DNA of 64,000 nt, taken from positions 2,440-66,439 of the forward strand of contig JAAETM010000018.1 of the NCBI GenBank assembly GCA_024228395.1, read 5' to 3'. The notes under the pieces are model-generated. The model was not told the DNA's origin and did no database searches. It saw only the letters and a list, made by a program, of their open reading frames with translations. The position numbers were made by a program, and so were the translations under genes. Shown one piece after another: positions 17,601 through 25,565 of this stretch (its first letter is position 1; every line of letters begins with the position of its first letter). The DNA is from a bacterium (GTDB lineage Bacteria; Planctomycetota; UBA1135; GCA-002686595).

Positions 17601-20591
17601 CCACGGGTCATGCAGAGCATTGATGATGTGGACTTCGAAATGGAGGCAAAGTTCGACAGTGAGGTGGGGTCAGCTTACCAGTACCAGGGTATTTTGGTTC
17701 AGCAAGACGTTACCAATTGGCTTGTCTTCGACGTTTATGGAACCGCCCAAGGGGCGCGTTTCTACGTGGGATCGACCGACAGTGGTGGAACACACTTCAA
17801 GGGGGATGGGCCCATTGTTGGGTCTGCGCCCTATTACGTGCGGGTTGCCCGGAGCGGCAATACATGGAGCTTTGAGCATTCAGCCGACGGTTCTTCCTGG
17901 ACCACTTTGACGAGTTTCTTCCGTCCTCTCACGGTGGAACAGGTGGGCCCCTATGCGGGCAATACCGATTTGGCGGGCGGGGCCGCCTCACCGGCTTTTA
18001 CCATGGAGTGCGATTACGTGTTCGACACATCTTCGCCCATATCCCCAGAGGATGGTACCGTCGGTGGCGGTCCCTTTGCCTTGACCACAAGCGTGCCTGG
18101 CGCCGGTGGCAGTGTCATGGTGTCGCCGCAGGCAAGCACGTACAACTGTGGGGATCAAGTGACCCTGACGGCGATCCCGGACAGCGGGTATCAGTTCACA
18201 GGTTGGGGCGGAGACGCCAGTGGGAGTGTGAATCCCCTGGTTGTTTCAGTCAGTGGCCACTTGAATATCATTGGCCAGTTCACGCCGAGTAGCCTGGTGC
18301 CCGTTATTGTTAATGTGGTGGTGACGCCCACAGCTAATTCCGCAACCGTGACTTGGGATACGATCGATCCTGCGGATGGCAGCGTGGCCTATGGCCTGAC
18401 CCAAGGTTTGGGTAGTACCGTGGGGCATGCAAATATGACCACGTCCCACATGCTGGTGCTTCCGGGGCTCGATCCTGTGACTCAGTATTTCTATCAGATT
18501 TCGTCCACGGACTCGGATGGGGATACCACTGTACACACCTTGGATTCCTTCATGACGGCCTCGGCCGGATCACTTGTGTCCGACGATTTCCGCAAGGCCA
18601 ACCTGAACCTGAACGTTTGGACCTTTACAGATCCCCATGGGGTGGCCGAGTTGACCCTATCGGGCTCTGAGACTTCGGACGCCTACTTGGAGATCGCGGT
18701 GCCCCCGGGGGTTGCGTACGAACCTTGGATGTTGAACAGATCCGCCCGCGTTTCACAGTCGGTTGCCGACGAGGACTTCGCCTTCGAAGTGAAGTTTGAA
18801 AACGCGATTACGGAAGTGAACACGTCCACCGGTGTATTCGTCGAGACCGATGTGGATGATTGGATCCGCTTGGACTACTACTTTGATGGTACGGACCTGA
18901 ACGTGTTCTCCGGCCGTTTCGTGGGGGGCAGTCCCGCGAACCTGGAATCCGCATTGGTTCAGAATGGACATTGGGGTGATGACTCTCCCCTGTACCTCCG
19001 GCTTTCCCGGCAGGGCAGCCAGTGGGTGACCGAATACGGTTTTGACGGAGTTGCTTGGCATTCCGTTGGCAGTTTTTCAAGCGCTATGGTGCCCAACAAG
19101 GTGGGCATCCTGTGTGGCAATTCCGCTGGATCTAAGAATCCGCAGCGAGTTCGTGTAGATTGGTTTGAGAGTGACCTGCTGTCGATTCAGCCTGAGGATC
19201 CTGCGCCCGGACCGGATATCACGCCACCGTTTGTTTATGACGTGGACGCAACCCCCCTGTCGGACTCTGCCGTGCAGGTTTCTTGGGCGACCGAGGAACC
19301 ATCCACGGGTGTTTTGGAATGGGGGACGACCGCGTCCTATGGCATGGCGCCTGCAACCAGCGGAGTCCTCGGCCTGCGCCACTCCGTAACTTTGCTGGGT
19401 TTGACCGCAGACACGACCTACCATTTCCGCGTGGTGTCCGATGATCCGCACTTGAATTCCGGAGCCACCATGGATCAGACGATTGCAACCCATGCGGTGC
19501 CCGTCGCGGGTGAGCCCATGTTCGAATACTGGTATGGGGTGCAGGATGTTGTGACAGGCGCCCACAGCCTGTCCTTTGGCGCCTTCGGCAATGGGCAGAA
19601 TCAGTTCAATGTGCTGGGTCGTATCACCGACTCAGATCAGGATCGGATCGCCTTGGAAGTGACGCTGGAATACCGCCTGAATGGTGGGATCTGGCAGCCC
19701 CTGGCCATGGGTGATGACCGCACATTCAATTACGCACCCTGGCGATTGGCCAACGAAGGGGACTTCAACCTAGAGTTGTTCGTGGAGTCGCTTCTTGCGG
19801 CGCCGCTGGTCGGCGGCGTGCACCAAAACACCTTGGAGTTCAGGGCGACCGATGATGGTGGCCACACGAGTTTGTCCACCGTACTCGTGGATTACACTCC
19901 TGCGGTGACATGGATTGATACCCTGACCGTCAACTGGGCGGACGTGGCCAACAACCTTGGCGGTCGCATTGAAGAAGCTGTGCAGGTGGTGGACGGCATG
20001 TGGGAAGTGTTCAACGATCCCACACTTGGGCATGTTGTACGACCCAATCCCAACGAATTGGGTTATGACAGGTTGCTATCGATAGGTGAAGGCCATGGCC
20101 CGGATGCATGGGACAACTATGAGGTCTTGGTGCCGGTGACGGTGGAGTCATTCGACCCCCAGGGTTACACGGCCGGCACTTCTTCCTATGGCATGGGTTT
20201 TGTTTTGCGTTGGACCGGGCATACCGAGGACGGGCCTTATGTGCAGCCAAACCATGGTCTGTATCCAATGGGCGGCCTTTGGATTTATCGGTGGTTTAAC
20301 AACACGGAGCGCTGGGAACTGTGGATCGACGAGAATGAGGATATTCTGCCCCAGCTCGGGAATGCGGTCTCACTGGGAGTCACCTATTGGTATCGAATGC
20401 GATGTGAAGACGCACCGGGTGGCGGAACCACATATTCTTTGAAGGTGTGGGAGAATGGCTCGGTCGAACCCTCGGCTTGGACTTTTGAACACATCACAAA
20501 TCCTGGCGATCCCAAGAAAGGTTCTTTCGTTCTCGTGGCCCATCATGTGAACGCGTCCTTTGGTGAGGTCATCGTCACTCACCTTCCCTAG
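14652..20591 (+). CDS. Very large secreted modular protein: Calx-beta-like domain + 4x ConA/LamG-like jelly-roll modules interleaved with InlB-B-repeat-like and Fn3-like domains + C-terminal domain of about 360 aa
   Basis: A GTG at 14652 gives the signal peptide KSLSFHLLCLGAVLGLVGPEQAQG; the upstream 72 codons look non-coding. Calx-beta-like segment: VQVTLISTGEAQLGVDFDL...FAPGQTTAQV. Repeated L[IV]SDDF..CGGL...W.F.D jelly-roll modules, GW.F..W.GD B-repeat-like units and Fn3-like V.WDTD.P.DS.V.FG...YG units. Confidence 0.8.
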   Translation: MKSLSFHLLCLGAVLGLVGPEQAQGQVSLNPSSQTRTRRMVQSSVQSLPRVAFEPNVARVEEGATPLALNLSLSQTSASPVQVTLISTGEAQLGVDFDLNTQTVTFAPGQTTAQVILTALPDGIAEGVETIDLALGIPIASRVGEGARHRLFLADVGGTGSGGVLVSDDFDRCGGLSSLWSFVDPLGDAVVQVTGIASGQALLEVQVPAGVQHQALNLLSAPQVLQPMVAGDFEVEVAFTDSPDDGEIYGLLIKEDGLNWSRFDFSRSGGALRAFAGRTISGSTTRKLDTSIAGGGAGLWMRVGRVGIEYSMRVSTDGVLWTTLTTFSHGMAASQVGPYLGNFGSLPAAQMAVDYVFDAAAPIVPEDSGILSNPVLNLISTGSGSASAIPPGPIYACATDVTLTAVANPGWAFDSWTGDVSSTTSPIVITMNGPMDVTAVFVSTVNPAVISNIQVLPSHQHAVVTWDTDQPTDSLVNFGTTAGYGSQAQESAMVLNHSVVLPGLTEQTQYHFQVVSVNAGGDVAQSADGLFTTIAASVPALISEDFNVCGGLPAAWTFVDGPSMDGSFGLQGAGTSDAQLTISVPAGSNHDPYDSIECPRVMQTIADVDFEVEVKFDSEIALGYQIQGILVDQDLTNWLRFDVYGSPTGPRYFAGSNDVGGTQQLADGALGGVAPYYLRVGRSGDLWTFEHSPDGTVWNTLASFSRSLIVDRVGPFAGNAGVNGAASAPAFTALCDYVFDTAAPIVPEDGSVVSGGPFTLTTSVPGGGGSIDVMPLSATYNCGDLVDLTATAELGFLFSGWSGDLISQDNPLQISIGANMDISANFAPIPVSPVISNVQVVPGDVDALITWETDLPSDSLVNFGPTSAYGSQAQDGGLVTSHQILITGLTEQTQYHFQVVSTTAAGDSAQGTDQQFTTQSTVTSVLISDDFNGCGGLGPSWTFFDSPALDGSYGLQGMGTNDAQLWISIPGGSEHRSWNALGAPRVMQSIDDVDFEMEAKFDSEVGSAYQYQGILVQQDVTNWLVFDVYGTAQGARFYVGSTDSGGTHFKGDGPIVGSAPYYVRVARSGNTWSFEHSADGSSWTTLTSFFRPLTVEQVGPYAGNTDLAGGAASPAFTMECDYVFDTSSPISPEDGTVGGGPFALTTSVPGAGGSVMVSPQASTYNCGDQVTLTAIPDSGYQFTGWGGDASGSVNPLVVSVSGHLNIIGQFTPSSLVPVIVNVVVTPTANSATVTWDTIDPADGSVAYGLTQGLGSTVGHANMTTSHMLVLPGLDPVTQYFYQISSTDSDGDTTVHTLDSFMTASAGSLVSDDFRKANLNLNVWTFTDPHGVAELTLSGSETSDAYLEIAVPPGVAYEPWMLNRSARVSQSVADEDFAFEVKFENAITEVNTSTGVFVETDVDDWIRLDYYFDGTDLNVFSGRFVGGSPANLESALVQNGHWGDDSPLYLRLSRQGSQWVTEYGFDGVAWHSVGSFSSAMVPNKVGILCGNSAGSKNPQRVRVDWFESDLLSIQPEDPAPGPDITPPFVYDVDATPLSDSAVQVSWATEEPSTGVLEWGTTASYGMAPATSGVLGLRHSVTLLGLTADTTYHFRVVSDDPHLNSGATMDQTIATHAVPVAGEPMFEYWYGVQDVVTGAHSLSFGAFGNGQNQFNVLGRITDSDQDRIALEVTLEYRLNGGIWQPLAMGDDRTFNYAPWRLANEGDFNLELFVESLLAAPLVGGVHQNTLEFRATDDGGHTSLSTVLVDYTPAVTWIDTLTVNWADVANNLGGRIEEAVQVVDGMWEVFNDPTLGHVVRPNPNELGYDRLLSIGEGHGPDAWDNYEVLVPVTVESFDPQGYTAGTSSYGMGFVLRWTGHTEDGPYVQPNHGLYPMGGLWIYRWFNNTERWELWIDENEDILPQLGNAVSLGVTYWYRMRCEDAPGGGTTYSLKVWENGSVEPSAWTFEHITNPGDPKKGSFVLVAHHVNASFGEVIVTHLP
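15144..18572 (+). repeat. Intragenic tandem modules (about 1128, 1155 and 1146 nt) within the giant gene
   Basis: Module starts LVSDDF 15144, LISEDF 16272, LISDDF 17427 and LVSDDF 18573. The 32-nt string gagcagacccagtatcacttccaggtggtttc is identical at 16167-16198 and 17322-17353 (offset 1155 nt = 385 codons). Confidence 0.9.
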
Positions 20592-20653
20592 CGAAGGCCT
20601 GTGGTTGTCTTGTTGACCCTAAGGCCTCGCAGGTGTACTGTCCCGGCAATCCC

Positions 20654-23071
20654 ATGTTTCAGCAACTCCAACCCCGTCTATTCCCGTCCCTTTTCATTCT
20701 AGTATTGGCCTCTCTGGTCCCCGCATGCAATCACAGGGGTAGCGGTTCTTCAGGAGGTGGTTCTGGAGGTGGCTCCGGTCTAACTTTAAGCAACTTGACC
20801 GTCGATGTTGGACCCAACTTTGCCCTGGTGGAGTGGGACTCCAGCGAGGCATCGAGTGGACGCGTGGAATTTGGCGTCACAAACCAATACAACCATGCCG
20901 TTTCTGGCGCGGAAGGTGTGTTGCACCACCAGATCCTCCTGACCGGCTTGATTCCCTCGACGGATTATCATTTCAATGCTTCGTCGAGCACGTCTGCCGG
21001 TGGCTTTGCGGAGTTCGGCGATACAGCGTTCGAGACGTCTGATGCGGGGTCACTGCTATCGGATGACTTCAATTCCTTCAACCTGAATCGTGCGCTTTGG
21101 TCCTATGTGGACCCCCATGATCGAGGACAGTTGCGCATGGAGGGGGCCGGGACTTCCGGCGCCACGGTTTCCTTGGAAGTGCCGGGAAACGTGTCTTACA
21201 GCGGTGAACTAGGCCATTTGCAGCTTTTGCAACCTGTGATGAACGTGGCCCAAAGCGAATGGGAGGCCAAGTTCCAGAACGCATTTGACGTGTCCGATGG
21301 GGAGGGTGGCATCATGGTGGAATCTACGCCTGGTACGGCCATGACCTTTGGTTTCCGCTTCGATGGGGGAGATCTCATGTTGCAAGCCACGCGCTATGCT
21401 GGCGGTACCGAGGCTCAGAGCGACTCCACTTGGATTCAAAGTGGCGCCTGGTCCGGCGTTGAAGACTTGTGGTTGCGGCTGGCCCGCGAGGGTTCGTCCT
21501 TTGTGGCCAGTTACTCCACCAACGGGCAGGTGTGGTTCGCTGGACCCGAGCTAGACTTCTCCGGGGTAACTACCTTGGGCGGTTTGTATGCGGGCAATGG
21601 CCCCTTGAGCGACGGTGCATTCATCCTGGAAACCGACTACATCTTCGACAATGCTCATCCCCTGCCGTTCGAAGACTTGGGTTTGCCCGAGGACCGCCAG
21701 GAACCCTATGTCTATCGTTGGCATATTGACCTGCTCTCCAATTCTGCGGCACGCCTGATGTGGTACAGCGACGAGCCCAGCACGGGTATTGTGCGCTGGG
21801 GACTCAGCACTGAATATCTTGGTGGCTCGAGCTTTGTCGAGCCCGCGGCCTACAGCAACGAGGGCATCATGCCCGGCTTGGACCCCGCATCTCTGTACCA
21901 TGCACAAGCCACGGTGAGTGATGTGTTGGAGCATGCGGAAGTTCTGCCCGACCAGACCTTCAATACCAATGGTTATGGCAGCGATCATCCCGCGATTCGC
22001 GTTTGGAATGGTTGGCAGCATGAGGTTACCAATCACAACTATCAGGTGTTCGGAGAGAACGGGAATGCCCAGGACCGGGTCAATATCGTGGGCCGGGTCT
22101 TCGATGAAGATGAAGATCGCATCGCGCTTTCGGATACCCTGGAGTGGTCCCTCAATGGTGGGCCCTATGTGACCACCTTGCTCGGAGATGATCGAGCCAT
22201 CGACCCGGCACCTTGGCGCTTGAGCGATGAGGGAGACTTCAACATCGTGATCCCCGTGGCGGATCTGGACGATGCTCCTATCCAGGATGGCTACCACCGC
22301 AACGAGTTGCTATTGCGCGCTGCGGATGACGATGGGCACGATTCTTACCACATGGTGTTCGTGTTGTTCAAGCCCGGTACAAGCTGGCCCGGCAACTATA
22401 CGACAGACTTCGAGGCTTCCGCTCTTCTCAACAAGCAGGGCGTGCAGTACCAAGTTCAAGTTGTGGATGGCGATTGGCACTTGGACCAGGACACGTACCA
22501 TGGTTATGTGCTGCGGACCAACGGCAAGCGTTTGGGCTACGATCGCATCATTGCCTTGGGTGAAGCACTGGGCGTGAATGCCTGGGACAATTACGAGGCG
22601 ACGATTCCCTTCACGGTCATGGGGTTCGATCAGGCCGGGTTCACACCTGGAACCGGCTCCTATGGTTTCGGGGTCATCAATCGCTGGAATGGACATCAAG
22701 AAGGGGGCATGTTCGAAGTTCCCCTGCACGGCCTCTATCCAATGGATTCCCTGTTCACCTATCGTTGGTATGACCTGGCGGGTAGTGAGGCTTGGGAGCT
22801 GTGGGTCAACGAGAACAACCATGAGATCTTGGGGTTCAACGGTCCGACGATCGTGCCCGGCGACAACTACGTCATGAAAGTGCGTGTGCAAACCCAGGCC
22901 AATGGCAATGTGCAGCATGACATCAAGGTGTGGCCGCTCGGAGCAGCCGAACCTGCCGGATGGACCCACAGCCACACCTCCCCAGCAGGTGGACCGGAAA
23001 CGGGTTCGATGGCGATCTTCGCACACCACGTGGACCTGACCGTCGGCGACATCACCGTCACCGAACTGTAG
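20654..23071 (+). CDS. Secreted lipoprotein paralog of the giant protein (Fn3-like, ConA/LamG-like, Fn3-like, shared C-terminal domain)
   Basis: Signal/lipobox LVLASLVPAC followed by a Gly/Ser linker. LLSDDFNSFNLNRALWSYVDPHD module. The C-terminal region (GENGNAQDRVNIVGRVFDEDEDRIAL...GDDRAIDPAPWRLSDEGDFN) aligns with 14652..20591 (GNGQNQFNVLGRITDSDQDRIAL...GDDRTFNYAPWRLANEGDFN). Confidence 0.8.
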   Translation: MFQQLQPRLFPSLFILVLASLVPACNHRGSGSSGGGSGGGSGLTLSNLTVDVGPNFALVEWDSSEASSGRVEFGVTNQYNHAVSGAEGVLHHQILLTGLIPSTDYHFNASSSTSAGGFAEFGDTAFETSDAGSLLSDDFNSFNLNRALWSYVDPHDRGQLRMEGAGTSGATVSLEVPGNVSYSGELGHLQLLQPVMNVAQSEWEAKFQNAFDVSDGEGGIMVESTPGTAMTFGFRFDGGDLMLQATRYAGGTEAQSDSTWIQSGAWSGVEDLWLRLAREGSSFVASYSTNGQVWFAGPELDFSGVTTLGGLYAGNGPLSDGAFILETDYIFDNAHPLPFEDLGLPEDRQEPYVYRWHIDLLSNSAARLMWYSDEPSTGIVRWGLSTEYLGGSSFVEPAAYSNEGIMPGLDPASLYHAQATVSDVLEHAEVLPDQTFNTNGYGSDHPAIRVWNGWQHEVTNHNYQVFGENGNAQDRVNIVGRVFDEDEDRIALSDTLEWSLNGGPYVTTLLGDDRAIDPAPWRLSDEGDFNIVIPVADLDDAPIQDGYHRNELLLRAADDDGHDSYHMVFVLFKPGTSWPGNYTTDFEASALLNKQGVQYQVQVVDGDWHLDQDTYHGYVLRTNGKRLGYDRIIALGEALGVNAWDNYEATIPFTVMGFDQAGFTPGTGSYGFGVINRWNGHQEGGMFEVPLHGLYPMDSLFTYRWYDLAGSEAWELWVNENNHEILGFNGPTIVPGDNYVMKVRVQTQANGNVQHDIKVWPLGAAEPAGWTHSHTSPAGGPETGSMAIFAHHVDLTVGDITVTEL

Positions 23072-23097
23072 TCAACCAAGAGATGTCGAGGAATCCG

Positions 23098-23127
23098 CGC
23101 CCCTCAAAGCTCCGGCTTTGGGGGGCG
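23098..23127. terminator. 13-bp stem / tetraloop hairpin between convergent genes (bidirectional intrinsic-terminator candidate)
   Basis: cgcccctcaaagc-tccg-gctttggggggcg (one G:U pair), followed by tatctatttg. Located between the stop at 23071 (+) and the stop at 23142 (-). Confidence 0.55.
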
Positions 23128-23141
23128 TATCTATTTGATGC

Positions 23142-24320
23142 CTAAAGCCCGTCGACCAATCCCAACTCGCCCACCGTTTCGACCATCTTCTTGGCCGTTC
23201 TCGAATGGGCCTGGGCGTTGGGGTGGGAGTCGGTCATGGAGTTGACCCATTTGTTCAATGGGGCATCCTCGAACCAGGTGGACGTATCCCCGACAGGTAG
23301 GGGAGCCGCATGCTCTCGCGCATGTTGTAGAAAGGTGTCCGTCCATGGGCCGGAGTTCCAGCGGAAATGGAAGATGGCCAGGGGGATCCCCTGGGCCTCG
23401 CAGCGTTCGCCCATTCGATTGAGGGCTTGCATGTTCTTCTCCCAACCTTCGGTGTCAGGGTTCATGCTGCGTTCTGCGCCTTCCAGGGAAATACCGCCCA
23501 GGCCGTTGGTCAGAGCGTGGTTCGCCAGGCGATACAGGAAGCTGTTGCGCATCGCTATTTGAAGGCGACGGATGGGGGAGGGCTTGCTGGCTTGGGCCTT
23601 CCATTGGTCTGAGTAGGTCAACACATCGTTGTCGATGATCACCAATACGACCAAGTCTGGTTGCAGGTCAAATCCATGGTGCTCCAGGTAGAGCTCCTCC
23701 TGTTCTGAGTTGTAGCTACATACCCCCGCGTTGATTCCTACCCAGGTATCGCCGGTGGCCTTCTCCAGGCGATCGGCCACACCATTGACGAAAAGTCGCT
23801 CCTCCTTGACGCCCCAACCGAAGACCACCGAATCGCCCAGGAAAAGCACCCGCTTTTCGTCGGGGCCTTTGGAGCCCAGTTCGGGGCCCCGCAAGCCCAG
23901 GGAGTTGTACCGGACTTGGGTTCCATCTAGCACGACCTCGGTGCTGGCCGGCTGGGTGTAAACCAGCTTTTCGTTATCCCGGCGCATGTGGATGTAGCGC
24001 TGCATTTCGCCGTAGTAGGCGAAACCCATGGGGTCGATTGTGCGCAGCAGCACCTCGCCCATGAAGGTCGCCAATATCAGGCCGCAAAAGAGCGAGCTCA
24101 GGGCGGCACGACTAGCGAGAAGTCGGCGGCGGAATGGGGTCCACAGGCAAGCGCTGGAGATTAGGGTTAGGAATGCCCATCCTGCCGCCAGGGAGGCATA
24201 ACCAAAACTCCAGCGGCCCAGCACCTGGGGCTCCTGGGAGCGGTGCAAGACCAGGTAGATCAGTACCGGCCACGTGCAAAGGGGGAGAGTCCACTTCAAC
24301 GCATTCGAGGGGGATGTCAT
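23142..24320 (-). CDS. Membrane-anchored SGNH/GDSL-family hydrolase (possible polysaccharide O-acetyl esterase/transferase)
   Basis: Block I VLFLGDSVVFGWG with N-terminal TM helices (WPVLIYLVL, LAAGWAFLTLISSA). Start taken at ATG 24320; the longer ORF runs into the transposase-relic sequence. Confidence 0.65.
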   Translation of the reverse strand: MTSPSNALKWTLPLCTWPVLIYLVLHRSQEPQVLGRWSFGYASLAAGWAFLTLISSACLWTPFRRRLLASRAALSSLFCGLILATFMGEVLLRTIDPMGFAYYGEMQRYIHMRRDNEKLVYTQPASTEVVLDGTQVRYNSLGLRGPELGSKGPDEKRVLFLGDSVVFGWGVKEERLFVNGVADRLEKATGDTWVGINAGVCSYNSEQEELYLEHHGFDLQPDLVVLVIIDNDVLTYSDQWKAQASKPSPIRRLQIAMRNSFLYRLANHALTNGLGGISLEGAERSMNPDTEGWEKNMQALNRMGERCEAQGIPLAIFHFRWNSGPWTDTFLQHAREHAAPLPVGDTSTWFEDAPLNKWVNSMTDSHPNAQAHSRTAKKMVETVGELGLVDGL

Positions 24321-24547
24321 GGGAGTTCTTTCTTGCCGGGTGAATCCAGGAGTCAGACCCGGGCACAAACAGGGTCCAAATTCACGGGTAAGGCTAATCT
24401 TTGTGCCGTCGGGTCCCCGATGAAACTGCCTTATCTCCCCAACTCCATACCACAGGTCGGAATTCAATGCAAAGGACCACCGGTGGTTCACGCTGTCCCC
24501 CAATTTGGCACGGCCGTTTCCTTGCTCCAGACCCCCGATCCCTCGAA

Positions 24548-25395
24548 TCAGAACACTTTTGTCCGGGCACCTCGGTAACCCCCATTGTTTGGCGTCCTCG
24601 ATGATCGGAAGCACTGTCCGAGCACGGCCATGTAGAACACCAAGGCGCATGGGTCCGAGGTGCACGAGCCAAGTAAGATCATTGACCAACCGATTCCTAT
24701 CATCTCACCAGCAATTGCTTCGCCAAAGAAAAAGTACCCGTTCTGCCACTTGATCGATCCATCTCGCCTAACTCGTCGCGGCAGGTAAGACTCTGGGTTC
24801 TCATGATCGGGGAGCTCTGCTGGTATCGAATGAGGTGACTCTTCGTACAAGTCCGATGGAGCCTTCATCGCTAGCGCCTCATGAGGCCACAAAGGCCACG
24901 AGAGCCAAAAGGCGGGCCATTGTCGCTGAGCATGACGTCAGGAATTCCATGGCTCTCAATTGGCGTTTGAATGATTCGCTTCAACCACTGGAGGGGCGTG
25001 ATGCCCGCACCGAATTCGCTTCCTCCTTGAAACTACGACACCGGCACGTTTGAGGACCGCGTCCACTGTACTCCTTGCTGGAACATCGTCATCGACCCAT
25101 TCTCTGGCAAGCAGAGCCAGGATTTTCTTGGAACCTGAAGTCGGATGCGTCTTGTGGATTCTAAGAATAGAAGCCTCAGCATCTGCTGGAGTGCGATTGG
25201 GATGCCGCCCTAGAGCCGACGATCAATCGCGGAGTCCATCGGTTCCATTTTCATAGTATCGTTTTAGGGTCTTGTACCAGTTTTTTGGCTTATCTCAAGG
25301 CTCAAGCACAACTCGGTCATGGTCCGGTCGCCGCGCTGAGCGGTAGCCACGAACCTCAATCTCTCATCCACGGGGTCTGTTTGATTCCAAGGCAT
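24548..25395 (-). mobile_element. IS481-type transposase pseudogene (frameshifted, internally deleted, with a premature TGA)
   Basis: The minus-strand translation starts MPWNQTDPVDERLRFVATAQRGDRTMTELCLSLEISQKTG. After a 1-nt frameshift it continues YKTLKRYYENGTDGLRD*SSALGRHPNRTPADAEASILRIHKTHPTSGSKKILALLARE...VPARSTVDAVLKRAG. Later fragments are GIPDVMLSDNGPPF and WPHEALAMKAPSDLYEESP...VRRDGSIKWQNGYFFFGEAIAGEMIG, then VNDLTWLVHLGPMRLGVL in another frame. About 850 nt remain, which is shorter than the roughly 1.1 kb I would expect for an intact transposase gene of this type. Confidence 0.7.
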
Positions 25396-25510
25396 TCACG
25401 CCAGATACCACCCCAGCGCGATCAGCGCCCCAAAAAGTGTTACCCTTGTGTCCTGATATTTCTGTTACCAATGTGCCCGGACCGGACCGTATGCTAAAGC
25501 TTGTGCACTG

Positions 25511-25520
25511 CCCCCCCCCC
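25511..25520. repeat. C10 homopolymer 45 nt upstream of the ATG at 25566
   Basis: Counted directly: gCCCCCCCCCCa. Confidence 0.95.
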
Positions 25521-25565
25521 ATCTGCGTGTAGCTTCCCAACCTCCCCATGATTAATCCGGGCTAA

